A DNA stretch of 64,000 nucleotides. Origin: Promethearchaeia archaeon (lineage in GTDB: Archaea; Asgardarchaeota; Lokiarchaeia; Sigyniarchaeales; SOKP01). Of the stretch, positions 9,610-19,160 are shown piece after piece (within the stretch, counting starts at the first letter, position 1; every line of letters begins with the position of its first letter). The stretch covers positions 19,834 to 83,833 of the forward strand of contig JAHQWL010000093.1 of assembly GCA_029856155.1 (NCBI GenBank). The letters run 5' to 3'. Made by a program: the position numbers and the translations under genes. The notes under the pieces were generated by a model. The model was given only the letters and a program-made list of their open reading frames with translations, was not told the DNA's origin and did no database searches.

Positions 9610-10608
9610 ATGGAAAAAACCAAAGTACTTGTTCTTGGATCACTAGCTTATGATTATATAATGGGTTTCAAAGAAAGTTTTATTAATGCTGTGTCAATTG
9701 ACCATGATAAAGAAGAATATCAAAGTACTGTGACTGCAGACAGTCGATATCAATTTTTTGGAGGAACAGCGGGTAATATTGCTTACAACCTAGGATTATT
9801 AAATTTAGCAAAAGTATCGTTATTAGGCTCAGTAGGAATTGATTTTGAGAGATTAGGGTATAAGGATCATATAAACCAATTTAAAAATATAGATTTACTT
9901 GTTGATGTGTATGATAATTTATTCACGGCAGCTTGTTATATTGTGAATGATATTAAATCAAATCAAATGATCATTTTTCATGGTGGTGCTTTAGACAAAT
10001 GTAAGGACATCAATTTAAAGGAAAAAATTGCACATCCAGAGGATTTTATATACGCAATAAACTCAACCCAGAGTGTAGAAGCTATGACAAATTTTGCTAT
10101 TCAATTAAGTGATTTAAAGATACCATCAATATTTGATCCTGGTCAAGTTACACCACTTTTCCAAAAAGAAAGTCTAATAGAGATACTTAAAAAGTCAGAA
10201 ATTTTAATTGGCAATACTCATGAGATAAAAAAAATTAAGGAGAAATCTGAATTAACTGAAGAGACAATACTTAAACATGTTAAAGCTATTATTAAGACAA
10301 TGGGTCCTAAAGGTTCTGAATTAATCTATACAGATAATAAAGATAAAATTTTTAGGATTCACATCCCCATAGCATCTCCAAAGAAGGTTAAAGATACTAC
10401 TGGTGCGGGTGATGGATACCGTGCAGGAATATTATCAGGATTAACTCTAAATATGACATTATTGGACTCTTGCCGGTTAGGAGCAATAATAGGATCATTT
10501 GTTGTTGAAACTAATGGAGCTCAAACGCAAAAGTTTAATCTTTATAAAGTAAGAGAAAGATTCTTGAAAACTTTTGGTTATCTTCCTCCAGAATTAGAAA
10601 ATATATAA
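9610..10608 (+). CDS. PfkB-family nucleoside (adenosine) kinase
   Basis: GSLAYD, FGGTAGNIAY, FDPGQ and DTTGAGDGYRAG PfkB signature; lies between MTAP and APRT. Confidence 0.85.
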   Translation: MEKTKVLVLGSLAYDYIMGFKESFINAVSIDHDKEEYQSTVTADSRYQFFGGTAGNIAYNLGLLNLAKVSLLGSVGIDFERLGYKDHINQFKNIDLLVDVYDNLFTAACYIVNDIKSNQMIIFHGGALDKCKDINLKEKIAHPEDFIYAINSTQSVEAMTNFAIQLSDLKIPSIFDPGQVTPLFQKESLIEILKKSEILIGNTHEIKKIKEKSELTEETILKHVKAIIKTMGPKGSELIYTDNKDKIFRIHIPIASPKKVKDTTGAGDGYRAGILSGLTLNMTLLDSCRLGAIIGSFVVETNGAQTQKFNLYKVRERFLKTFGYLPPELENI

Positions 10609-10659
10609 AAAAATTAAAGTAATTTAAAATCTCTTTAACTAGGTCAGTTTAAAGTTTCT

Positions 10660-11193
10660 TTACTCTTCAACAGGAATTTTCGTTAGTGAAAGGACATCGT
10701 AACCGATTAATTTATCTCTACCATGTAAACTTCCTGTTAGTTCGATTACAAAAGCTACACCTACTACTTCACCACCTGCTTTTTCTACTAGATTGCATGC
10801 TGCTTTAGCTGTTCCACCAGTTGCTAATAAATCATCGAACACCAATACTTTATCTCCTTTTTCAATTGCATCAGTATGCATTTCAATACTATCTGTTCCA
10901 TATTCAAGTTCATACGTTTCACTTAGGGTATTGTATGGTAATTTCCCCGGTTTTCTAATAAGAACAAATCCAGCACCTAATTGATAGGCTAAAACTCCGC
11001 CCCATACATAACCACGAGCCTCAATAGCAGCTACTTTCGTAATTCCTTTATCTCTATAGTTATTAATAATTCTATCACAAGATTCTTTGAATGGGGTGTG
11101 AGCTTTACATAAAGTTGTGATGTCTTTAAATTGGATTCCTGGTTTTGGCCAGTCTGGAACATTTCTAATATGTTTTAATAGCTTATCTTCCAT
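10660..11193 (-). CDS. apt: Adenine phosphoribosyltransferase
   Basis: DWPKPGIQFKDIT, EARG, RKPGKLP, YELEYG and VFDDLLATGGT PRPP loop. Confidence 0.95.
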   Translation of the reverse strand: MEDKLLKHIRNVPDWPKPGIQFKDITTLCKAHTPFKESCDRIINNYRDKGITKVAAIEARGYVWGGVLAYQLGAGFVLIRKPGKLPYNTLSETYELEYGTDSIEMHTDAIEKGDKVLVFDDLLATGGTAKAACNLVEKAGGEVVGVAFVIELTGSLHGRDKLIGYDVLSLTKIPVEE

Positions 11194-11213
11194 TTTTTAT
11201 CCATTCCATTCCA

Positions 11214-11305
11214 TTATTTCTTAAATTGATTTTTATTCATGTATTGTATTTATTTATTTCTTAAATTGATTTTTATTCATGTATTGTATTTATTTATTTC
11301 TTAAA
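11214..11305. repeat. Perfect 40-bp tandem repeat (about 2.3 copies) in the apt/GTPase divergent intergenic region
   Basis: Unit TTAAATTGATTTTTATTCATGTATTGTATTTATTTATTTC at 11221-11260 and 11261-11300, with partial flanking copies. Confidence 0.9.
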
Positions 11306-11427
11306 ACGATTTTTTTGAATAAACCTTAATTTACTTTTAATAATTAGAAAAAATTAAATAAAAATTAAAGTATAAGAAATATATTAAAGATAAATAAAAA
11401 ATAAATTGTAAATCTGGTTATATTTAA

Positions 11428-12384
11428 ATGAAGATCTTACTTTTTGGGCCAGCTGGAGCAGGCAAGACATCTCTAATGCGAACAACTTGTTTAGGATATA
11501 ACTTTATGAAAGTTTTAAATTTAAAACCGACTAAAGGAGTTTCAAGAGAAAATTTTATCTTTCGTGGTATTATGGAACTTAATGTATGGGATCTTGGCGG
11601 ACAGGAAAGATATATGGAACGGTACTTTTCTGAATCTCAACGTGAACTGATTTTTTCAGAAGCAACTACAGCTGTTTTCATGGTTGATTCTTCAGCAATT
11701 GATCATGAAGTACGTGACATTTTTGATAAATTCTTAAAATATGTATTTGAATTTTCTCCTAAAATCAATATGATCTATGTTTTGTTAAACAAAATTGATT
11801 TACAGGAATCGAAGGAAGATGAATATTATGAAATATTAACAAAAGATCTAGATGGTGGATTAATAAAAAAGCTTTCTTTTACACCAGTCTCTGTAAAAGA
11901 AGGTAGTGCTCAGCATAGATTAATTGAAATTCTTGATTTTGAAATTCAAAAGAATACTCTTTCAATGCAACGATTAGGAAAAATACGTCACTTATTGGAT
12001 GAGCTGAAACTCAATACTTTATCAGAATATCTTTTATTCAATCAACCCGATGGTTTGTTAATTTCCTCTACATTTGGTAAATTTGAATTAAAACCACTAC
12101 AGTTTATGAAATTCGAAATTGGAACTTTAGATTCTAATATTTACACCATTTATCAACAGATTATGGAACTTCAGAATATTTCGAACCTTTCACCATTATC
12201 ATTGTCAACTATTGTTTATGAATCAGATAATTGTTGGATTTTAGTGAAAGAAGTAAGTAATGGGGCCGTTCTAATGGCAGTAACAAGTAACAAACGGCGA
12301 GAAGTTTTTTCCAGTGTAATGAATGCACTGACAGGAGATTCTTTCAAAAATTTAATATTATATTTGAAATCTTCTGAATATTAA
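11428..12384 (+). CDS. Rag/Gtr1-like small GTPase with C-terminal roadblock/longin-like domain
   Basis: G1 GPAGAGKT, G2 PT, G3 WDLGGQ, G4 NKID. The segment LNVWDLGGQERYMERYFSESQRELIF matches the RagA/Gtr1 pattern. The ~130-aa C-terminal domain includes YLLFNQPDGLLISS. Confidence 0.85.
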   Translation: MKILLFGPAGAGKTSLMRTTCLGYNFMKVLNLKPTKGVSRENFIFRGIMELNVWDLGGQERYMERYFSESQRELIFSEATTAVFMVDSSAIDHEVRDIFDKFLKYVFEFSPKINMIYVLLNKIDLQESKEDEYYEILTKDLDGGLIKKLSFTPVSVKEGSAQHRLIEILDFEIQKNTLSMQRLGKIRHLLDELKLNTLSEYLLFNQPDGLLISSTFGKFELKPLQFMKFEIGTLDSNIYTIYQQIMELQNISNLSPLSLSTIVYESDNCWILVKEVSNGAVLMAVTSNKRREVFSSVMNALTGDSFKNLILYLKSSEY

Positions 12385-12451
12385 TTTTTAAGCTAAAAAA
12401 TAGAAAAATAAAAATTTGATTTTTAGGAAGTTTTTATTTATTTTTATTATA

Positions 12452-13294
12452 CTATTGTTCTTTATCATATAATCCAATTTTAGTTAAAAAATGTTGTTTT
12501 GCATGGTGAGGTCTTCTAATTACTGTATTGTTATATTTCTCAATTTCTCTCGCTTTATCACACATTAAAGCCGCAGTTCTCATCATTTCATGAGCTGCAG
12601 CTAATAATGGTATATATTCAGATCTTTCTTTTAGTTGAAAACAAGCTTTTCCAGTGACCCTAGAAACTGAAGCAGCTAATTCAAAAGCCGCGATTGCTTT
12701 GGCTTTTGCATAGGGATTCGAGAAATTTGCTGCTTCTGAAGCAATGTTTGCATCAATAATGATTTGAGGTAAAGTAGGTGATCTAGATTCAAGCATATCT
12801 AAAATTACTTTATTTAACTCTTCAGCAATTACTTGGAGTGCTCCAGTGATTGCTAGAACTTTCAGTAAATCTGAATTAAATATACTCATTTCAATTTGAT
12901 CAAGGAAAGGTCTACGTGCTCCGATCATACTGTCACAATTTACTAGTATATAACCCATGTTCTTTTCCTTTATTTCTTCTACTGCTTTTTTAGCAGGTGC
13001 GTCAGAAATCACTATAGTTGGAATCTCACCAGCCATTTCTCTAGCAGCTTTCGGCCCAGGTAAAGCAGCATTTGGACTTGACATAATTAATAATTCTGGT
13101 TCAAATTCAAGTAAATTTTTCATGGCATCTATACAATGGTCTGCTGGATGCATTTTTGCCCCAGAAGTTACTTCCCTTACGTTAATTCTCGTAGCTTCTG
13201 CTCTCTCGTCCATTAAAAAAGCTAATAGCAAAGATGAGCCAATGGTCCCATTTTTCAGAATACCTATCTTAAGTATTTTACCTTCTTCGCTCAT
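12452..13294 (-). CDS. mtd: F420-dependent methylenetetrahydromethanopterin dehydrogenase
   Basis: MDERA, SGAKM, SPNAALPGP, DSMIGARRPFLD, FSNPYAKAKA, AAAHEMMR and RRPH motifs. ATG at 13294 follows AGGTG. Confidence 0.95.
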   Translation of the reverse strand: MSEEGKILKIGILKNGTIGSSLLLAFLMDERAEATRINVREVTSGAKMHPADHCIDAMKNLLEFEPELLIMSSPNAALPGPKAAREMAGEIPTIVISDAPAKKAVEEIKEKNMGYILVNCDSMIGARRPFLDQIEMSIFNSDLLKVLAITGALQVIAEELNKVILDMLESRSPTLPQIIIDANIASEAANFSNPYAKAKAIAAFELAASVSRVTGKACFQLKERSEYIPLLAAAHEMMRTAALMCDKAREIEKYNNTVIRRPHHAKQHFLTKIGLYDKEQ

Positions 13295-13466
13295 TTTAAA
13301 CACCTAATTTTATAATTTCAAATTATAATATTAAAAATATATAACCTTACAATTTTTCAATGTTTTTATTTTTTTTTTAAAATTTTATATAAAATAGAAT
13401 GCTATAAGATAATACAAATTATAAAAAATTTAATGATTAATTTCGACTTTAAGGGAAGTAAATATA

Positions 13467-14381
13467 ATGGAGATAAATGGTGTAGAGATTGAAAAAAATG
13501 CCTTTTGTGAAGCATTTGGGGCTGTTTTTAGCAGAATTTTAGTAACTGCTAAAAATGAAAAATGGGCTAAAATTGCTGCTCAAATTACAACTGGATATGG
13601 AACCTCCACTATTCATTGTGATGCAGAAGCCGGAATAGATTTATATGTTTCACCAGAAAAAACTCCTGACCACCATCCAGGAGTAATTTTAATGTTCTTT
13701 AAAAACAAAAAAGAAGAAATGAGTAAAGTAGTTATGAATCGCGTAGGACAGTGTGTTTTTACTTGCCCTACCACAGCATGTTTTGACGCCTTAGATATTT
13801 CCTTAGATCCAGAGAAAATATTTGAAATAAAATTAGGAGCAAATTTAAAATTTTTTGGTGATGGGTTTCAAACAAAAGTTGAAGGTAAATATCCTTTCGA
13901 AGCGTGGTCAATTCCAGTTATGGAAGGAGAATTTATAGTTCAAAGTACTGCTAAAGTTGGGAAGGGAATTGCCGGGGGAAACTTTTTGATAATTGGAAAA
14001 GATCAAGACTCTACATTAGAAGCCGCCCAAAAGGCAATAGATGCTGTAAAAGATGTTCCTAATGTAATAGCCCCATTTCCCGGGGGTATAGTACGTTCTG
14101 GTTCGAAGGTTGGCTCAAAGTATAGCTTTCTTAATGCTTCTACCAATGAACCACTCTGTCCAATGCTAAGAGAAAAAATAGACAATTCCCAATTAAGAAA
14201 AGGAGATAATTGCGTCTATGAAATCATTTTTGATGGAGCAACTGAAAAAGCCATTAAAACAGCAATGAAGTTGGGAATTGAAGCAGCAGTTAAAGTTCCA
14301 GGGATAAATCGTATATCTGCAGGGAATTATGGAGGAAATCTTGGTAAGTTTCAGTACAATCTACATGAACTCTTAGGATAA
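13467..14381 (+). CDS. ftr: Formylmethanofuran--tetrahydromethanopterin formyltransferase
   Basis: MEINGVEIE, CDAEAG, RVGQCVFTCPTT, FFGDGFQ, GIAGGN, SGSKVGS, ISAGNYGGNLG. Confidence 0.95.
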   Translation: MEINGVEIEKNAFCEAFGAVFSRILVTAKNEKWAKIAAQITTGYGTSTIHCDAEAGIDLYVSPEKTPDHHPGVILMFFKNKKEEMSKVVMNRVGQCVFTCPTTACFDALDISLDPEKIFEIKLGANLKFFGDGFQTKVEGKYPFEAWSIPVMEGEFIVQSTAKVGKGIAGGNFLIIGKDQDSTLEAAQKAIDAVKDVPNVIAPFPGGIVRSGSKVGSKYSFLNASTNEPLCPMLREKIDNSQLRKGDNCVYEIIFDGATEKAIKTAMKLGIEAAVKVPGINRISAGNYGGNLGKFQYNLHELLG

Positions 14382-14430
14382 GGCAAAAATTAATAATTTT
14401 GAAGAAATAAAAAAATAAAAGTCATTCTAA

Positions 14431-16131
14431 TTATAATTTTCTTTTTATTTTTCGTTTAGGAATTCCCTCTTTTTCCTCATCTTTGTCAAGTTCAAATTCT
14501 TCAATTTCTTTTTCTTCAAGTTCCTCTTTATTTGATTTTGATTTTTCTTTTTTCTTAGGAAATGCCTTTTTAGTAGTTGTTTCTTTCTTTTTATGAATAG
14601 TCTTTTGAGATTCTCTAAATTTAGTCTTGAAATAACCATAAATGATGCCAATACCTGAAAGAATCCCAATACTTAATCCTGCAAAAAACAAAATCCATGG
14701 TAAAAAATTACTTAAAACATCTGGGATAATTGTGATTCCTTGAGGTGCTTTATCGTAGTCATCAATAAGACTTGTAACTGCACCATCTGAATCTACAACA
14801 TAAAGATATACGAACCAAACCCCTGCTATTAAGTCATAAGTCCTGATTGTAATTTCAGTGTTTTGCCCTTTATATTCTCGAGTTATATTAAACCACTCAT
14901 TATTTTTATTTATAAGCGCAACCTTAACATATGAAACTTTTTCTTTATCAGATATATTAAAATTAAAAACCATATTTCTACCATAATATATAGAAATAGC
15001 TTGATTCATACTTAATCCATTTATAGTATAACTATGAATTTCAGGGGCATTGTTCTTCACTGTTAGAAAAGTTTCTTTTGAAAAAGTTGCTCCATGTTGA
15101 TCTCTCACTCTCACTTCAATCTTATATTTCCCAATAGGACTATGTGCTGGAATAATAAAGGTATCGGAAAATAAATTTTCACTATCAAATTCTATTAAAT
15201 TTTGAAGCACTAAAGCACCTTCAGCATCATAAATATACATTGTAGGTACTAGATTTTTGGATAGAGTTTCTATATCAGTGGAATTAAATGAGATTGTACA
15301 TTCCTCTGTTCTAAATATTTCATCAGAAGAAAATTCAATAATTGAGCTAATTATTGGATCATTATTTCTTACGTAAAACGGAAAATAAGCGGTTTCTTCT
15401 CTTCCACTATTTTTATCAGTCATATTTAATTGTATATAATAGAATTGATCTTTGTTAATGAAAGTCTCATTTTTTATCGGAAAAGTAAACTGAACAATTT
15501 TTTTTCCAAGGTCTAATAGATCATTTTGGACAAGTACATCTAAACTATCAACAAGAGTAACATTCCATGTAAAATCATAAGTTGAAAAATTGCTTACTAT
15601 CATTTCAGCATTTAAAAAATCTTCAATATAATATTCAGAACTATTTAGGTTTACTAAATAATTTGTCACAATTGTGAAATTCGTGTAAGTAGTATGTAAA
15701 TTTAATAATGTATTTGTCTCATTGTAAATTAGAAAACTTACATTCTGAAATCCTAACGGTGCATTATATTCGGGCTTATATTCATAGGAGTATTTATCAT
15801 TACCCACAGAATTCATGTTATAATATCTTGTTGAACCATTGCTAAAGGAAATTTGCATTTTTGAGTGGTCCACGTCATCTATTTCAAATGTATCAATAGT
15901 GAAATTGACAGATTCAAACAAACGATAAATAGTTGTAGCATTTTGTTCTATTGTCCATAAAGGTAAAGCGTAATCTGCAATTTCAGGGCTAAAAAGTTCC
16001 TCATTTTGATAATAAATAGAATTTACATCAAGAAATTTTGAATTATTTATTGATATATTCGCAAGACTAAAAAAAGAGCTGAAAAAAATAAAAAGAATTA
16101 GTACTTTTGTTTTATATTGTTTAGTTACCAA
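14431..16131 (-). CDS. Secreted, C-terminally anchored surface glycoprotein with repeated beta-sandwich (Ig-like) domains
   Basis: N-terminal signal/TM segment; recurring 'V-x-N-N-x-P-x-I' domain junctions; more than 10 N-x-S/T sequons; C-terminal TM and K/E-rich tail. Confidence 0.7.
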   Translation of the reverse strand: MVTKQYKTKVLILFIFFSSFFSLANISINNSKFLDVNSIYYQNEELFSPEIADYALPLWTIEQNATTIYRLFESVNFTIDTFEIDDVDHSKMQISFSNGSTRYYNMNSVGNDKYSYEYKPEYNAPLGFQNVSFLIYNETNTLLNLHTTYTNFTIVTNYLVNLNSSEYYIEDFLNAEMIVSNFSTYDFTWNVTLVDSLDVLVQNDLLDLGKKIVQFTFPIKNETFINKDQFYYIQLNMTDKNSGREETAYFPFYVRNNDPIISSIIEFSSDEIFRTEECTISFNSTDIETLSKNLVPTMYIYDAEGALVLQNLIEFDSENLFSDTFIIPAHSPIGKYKIEVRVRDQHGATFSKETFLTVKNNAPEIHSYTINGLSMNQAISIYYGRNMVFNFNISDKEKVSYVKVALINKNNEWFNITREYKGQNTEITIRTYDLIAGVWFVYLYVVDSDGAVTSLIDDYDKAPQGITIIPDVLSNFLPWILFFAGLSIGILSGIGIIYGYFKTKFRESQKTIHKKKETTTKKAFPKKKEKSKSNKEELEEKEIEEFELDKDEEKEGIPKRKIKRKL

Positions 16132-16138
16132 AATATCA

Positions 16139-18934
16139 TCATCTTCTTAATTTCTTATGTTTTATATCTTTATTCTTAAAATACAAAATAATTCCAATAG
16201 GCACAATAATAGGCAATAAATAGAATAAAATTAGATTTAATGTTGATAATTCAAGAGATGTTTCAAAATAGAATAATGTGATTTCTTGATCTTGACTATC
16301 TGTTAACTTTACTCTATAACTCCTTATCCCAAATTCATAAGGATTTATAGTTGGTACAATTTTTGCTACAATAATATTTTCACCAGTATTTAATTCTGCT
16401 ATATTAGTCCCAAATTTTACATTATTTATATACAACGAGAACGCTTCTGAAATTTCTTGATTATTTTGGATTATAATTATTAAGTATGCAGTATCACCTT
16501 GTGGGATGCTTTGGGGAAATGTAGCGCTTATAATTTCAAACTTTGGCATAATTTCTACTGTAAACTTTTTTGAATAGTATTCTGTAGTGTTTATTGAAAT
16601 TTTCATTTCTATTCTAATGGTATCATTTAATATCGATTCTAATGTTTTTAAATAGTATACTAAGTTTACTATTTCTTTTTCGCTTAAACTTTCCTCTGAG
16701 ATTATTTCTTCAATACAATTTTCGGTAATTCCCGTAAAACTTACATTTAGAGTTTGAGTTGCATTAGGGAGAAAATTTTTCAAATTTATAGACACAAATA
16801 TATTTTCTCCCTTCACCACTTTATCTTGATAGAGTAGGTTACTATAGTCAAACGAATATCCAATTTCTATTACCTCTTTTATTTCTAAATAAATTATAGA
16901 ACCTTTTTTTATTCTGAAAAATATTTCACTACTTCCTAGTTCTGCTCCAAATCTAGTTGTGAGGTTAAAATCTATCTGGATTATTTCTTCAATACTAGTA
17001 AAATTAATTTCTTGAGAAGGATAATTAACAATATCTTGCCCCACTATAGATGCTGTTAAGGTTAAATTATCATTACGTGTATAATTTAGAAAAAGAGAAA
17101 CATTTACGATTGGCCCCTGATATAAGATTCCTGGTAGGCCCTCAATTGATTCACTAATTAATCCTGAAATAACATTAAACCTTTTAAGAGTGTTTGTTAG
17201 TTTAAAGTATGTTGCATTAGCCCACACATAAATATAATATCCATCAATTATAGGTAAGGTTTCATTGATTTCATAAGGAAGAGCATAAGAAGTTTTAGGG
17301 TCAAGAATTATATCATCAAATTGATAAAAAAATGTTCCATTAGGATACTTAAAAATATAATTAATACTGTAATTAGTAATATCATGTTGTACAGTATAAC
17401 GTCCATAAGACTCATTTTCAGGGTTATAATATTGGCCGATTTTTCTAAATGAATAGGTTGAAGTTAAATTCATGACATCTTGATTCAAGATAAAAGATGG
17501 CACTTCTCCTGATACATTATATTTTACATTTAAAACTGTGTTATTATAAATTTCAAAAGCATTCAAATAAGCCTTACTTAATTTAAGATTTGAGTTAAAT
17601 GATTTAGTACTATTAGTGAAAGAAAAATCATAAGCGTGGTTAACTTTATCATATAGATTATTTTGGATAGACTTGTATATTTCCAATGCCCTACTATAGT
17701 ATGTTAAATTTCCTGTTACTTCAAAAAATTTCAAACAAGCACTCATCATTAGAGCATTATCGTTAAGGTTTAGACTATTATCAAAATCAGACCAATCAGG
17801 TCTAACAATTCTCTTGTAAAGATTTATAGTATCATTCCAGAAATGTGAATCTAAGCTATCATAAAGTCGAATTGCTCTTTTCAGATAAGTAGAATCATTT
17901 TCCATACCCGTTGCAAGCCAAAATTCTAACAATGTAATAATTCCTAAAGCATTTGTACTTAAATAATAATAATCATCTTTTAACTCTGTAAACGCCCAAT
18001 TTTCATTTCCTCGATGATAGAAAGCATTATCTGCTGAATCCCACATATAAGTATTAATATCATTCATTGTTAGGTTTGCTAGTTCGTAAGCTCTAGATTG
18101 TATAACACTATCTAAACCGAGATCTTTATAAGTTCGATGAATTAAGAGATTTGCTAATATGCTATAAAAATTACTTTCAACATGCTTAGTATCCGAAGAA
18201 TTGTAACTAAAAAATCCATTATATAAAAATCTATCATCCCAAAATTCAGAAGAATTTATTAAATAGAACATTTCATTAATAGATTGCCTTGGAGTTGTTC
18301 CACTAACAGTGATAATATCAATTTCAGCACCAATATTTTCAATTAATAGGAAAATTGGTAATAAATTGTCAATTAGAGATCTATTGTTATTCAACAATTC
18401 GCCAGTTGTATCACCTATCGATTTAACAAAACCATATTTGAATTCATTAATATCACCATTATACCAAAGGGTAGTATCTTTTAAATCTAAATATATCTCA
18501 TATGTTTGAATATCATCAATTTCCATTTTCATTAATGAGTTGTAATAGAGTAAATTATCTTCCGAGAAAATTGTACTATCGAGAATATCGCCATCTTGGT
18601 CTCCATATCTATAATAAAGATCAACCTCAAAATCTAAGTTAGATTGGTATTTATTTGTAAAAAAATTGCGTAATAGAGTAAAATTCTCTGTAAATGGATC
18701 TTGAAGCATTGAAGTTGCAGACGTAGTTTTCAAATTATTAAATATAGCATCAGAATTATCATTATTTTTGTTAGAAAGATTATCATCAGAAAATTTAATT
18801 CCAAAATAATTTCCGTTAACATATATAAAATTAAATATAACCAAAAATGTAAAGAATAAGCATACTAATATTTTTAGTTCTTGTTTTTTCAACTTTCCCC
18901 TTTTTCTAATATTTGTCAAGTTCAAAAATCTCAT
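16139..18934 (-). CDS. Large membrane-anchored surface glycoprotein: six-hairpin glycosidase-like (GH76/AGE-like) alpha-barrel plus beta-sandwich stalk
   Basis: N-terminal TM; helical-barrel repeats such as NALMMSACLKFFEVTGNLTYYSRALEIY and YLKRAIRLYDSLDSHFWN; more than 20 sequons; C-terminal TM and basic tail. Confidence 0.65.
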   Translation of the reverse strand: MRFLNLTNIRKRGKLKKQELKILVCLFFTFLVIFNFIYVNGNYFGIKFSDDNLSNKNNDNSDAIFNNLKTTSATSMLQDPFTENFTLLRNFFTNKYQSNLDFEVDLYYRYGDQDGDILDSTIFSEDNLLYYNSLMKMEIDDIQTYEIYLDLKDTTLWYNGDINEFKYGFVKSIGDTTGELLNNNRSLIDNLLPIFLLIENIGAEIDIITVSGTTPRQSINEMFYLINSSEFWDDRFLYNGFFSYNSSDTKHVESNFYSILANLLIHRTYKDLGLDSVIQSRAYELANLTMNDINTYMWDSADNAFYHRGNENWAFTELKDDYYYLSTNALGIITLLEFWLATGMENDSTYLKRAIRLYDSLDSHFWNDTINLYKRIVRPDWSDFDNSLNLNDNALMMSACLKFFEVTGNLTYYSRALEIYKSIQNNLYDKVNHAYDFSFTNSTKSFNSNLKLSKAYLNAFEIYNNTVLNVKYNVSGEVPSFILNQDVMNLTSTYSFRKIGQYYNPENESYGRYTVQHDITNYSINYIFKYPNGTFFYQFDDIILDPKTSYALPYEINETLPIIDGYYIYVWANATYFKLTNTLKRFNVISGLISESIEGLPGILYQGPIVNVSLFLNYTRNDNLTLTASIVGQDIVNYPSQEINFTSIEEIIQIDFNLTTRFGAELGSSEIFFRIKKGSIIYLEIKEVIEIGYSFDYSNLLYQDKVVKGENIFVSINLKNFLPNATQTLNVSFTGITENCIEEIISEESLSEKEIVNLVYYLKTLESILNDTIRIEMKISINTTEYYSKKFTVEIMPKFEIISATFPQSIPQGDTAYLIIIIQNNQEISEAFSLYINNVKFGTNIAELNTGENIIVAKIVPTINPYEFGIRSYRVKLTDSQDQEITLFYFETSLELSTLNLILFYLLPIIVPIGIILYFKNKDIKHKKLRR

Positions 18935-19160
18935 ATTGACTTAAATAAGGCAAATAAATAAGTATTTACCAATGTTTACTTTTTAAATTATATTTGTAAA
19001 AAATCCTTCTCTTTAAAATTTTTTTGGAAGGAAACATATAGATCAGAATATTTAGCAAAAGTGTAAGATTTAATTCTTTTTTGTTGATTTTATGATTCTA
19101 CAAATTGACTTTGAAACATGAGTCTTAAATTCTTTAAAAAAAGATTCTTAGAAGTAGAGA

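Noticed and set aside
11214-11305. Possible CRISPR array
   Set aside because: Repeats are directly adjacent with no spacers, there are only about two copies, and no cas genes are present
14431-16160. ER-retrieval (KKxx) or PTS1-like signals at the C-termini KRKL and KKLRR
   Set aside because: Lys positions do not fit the canonical motifs, and basic tails are expected from the positive-inside rule and AT-rich codon bias
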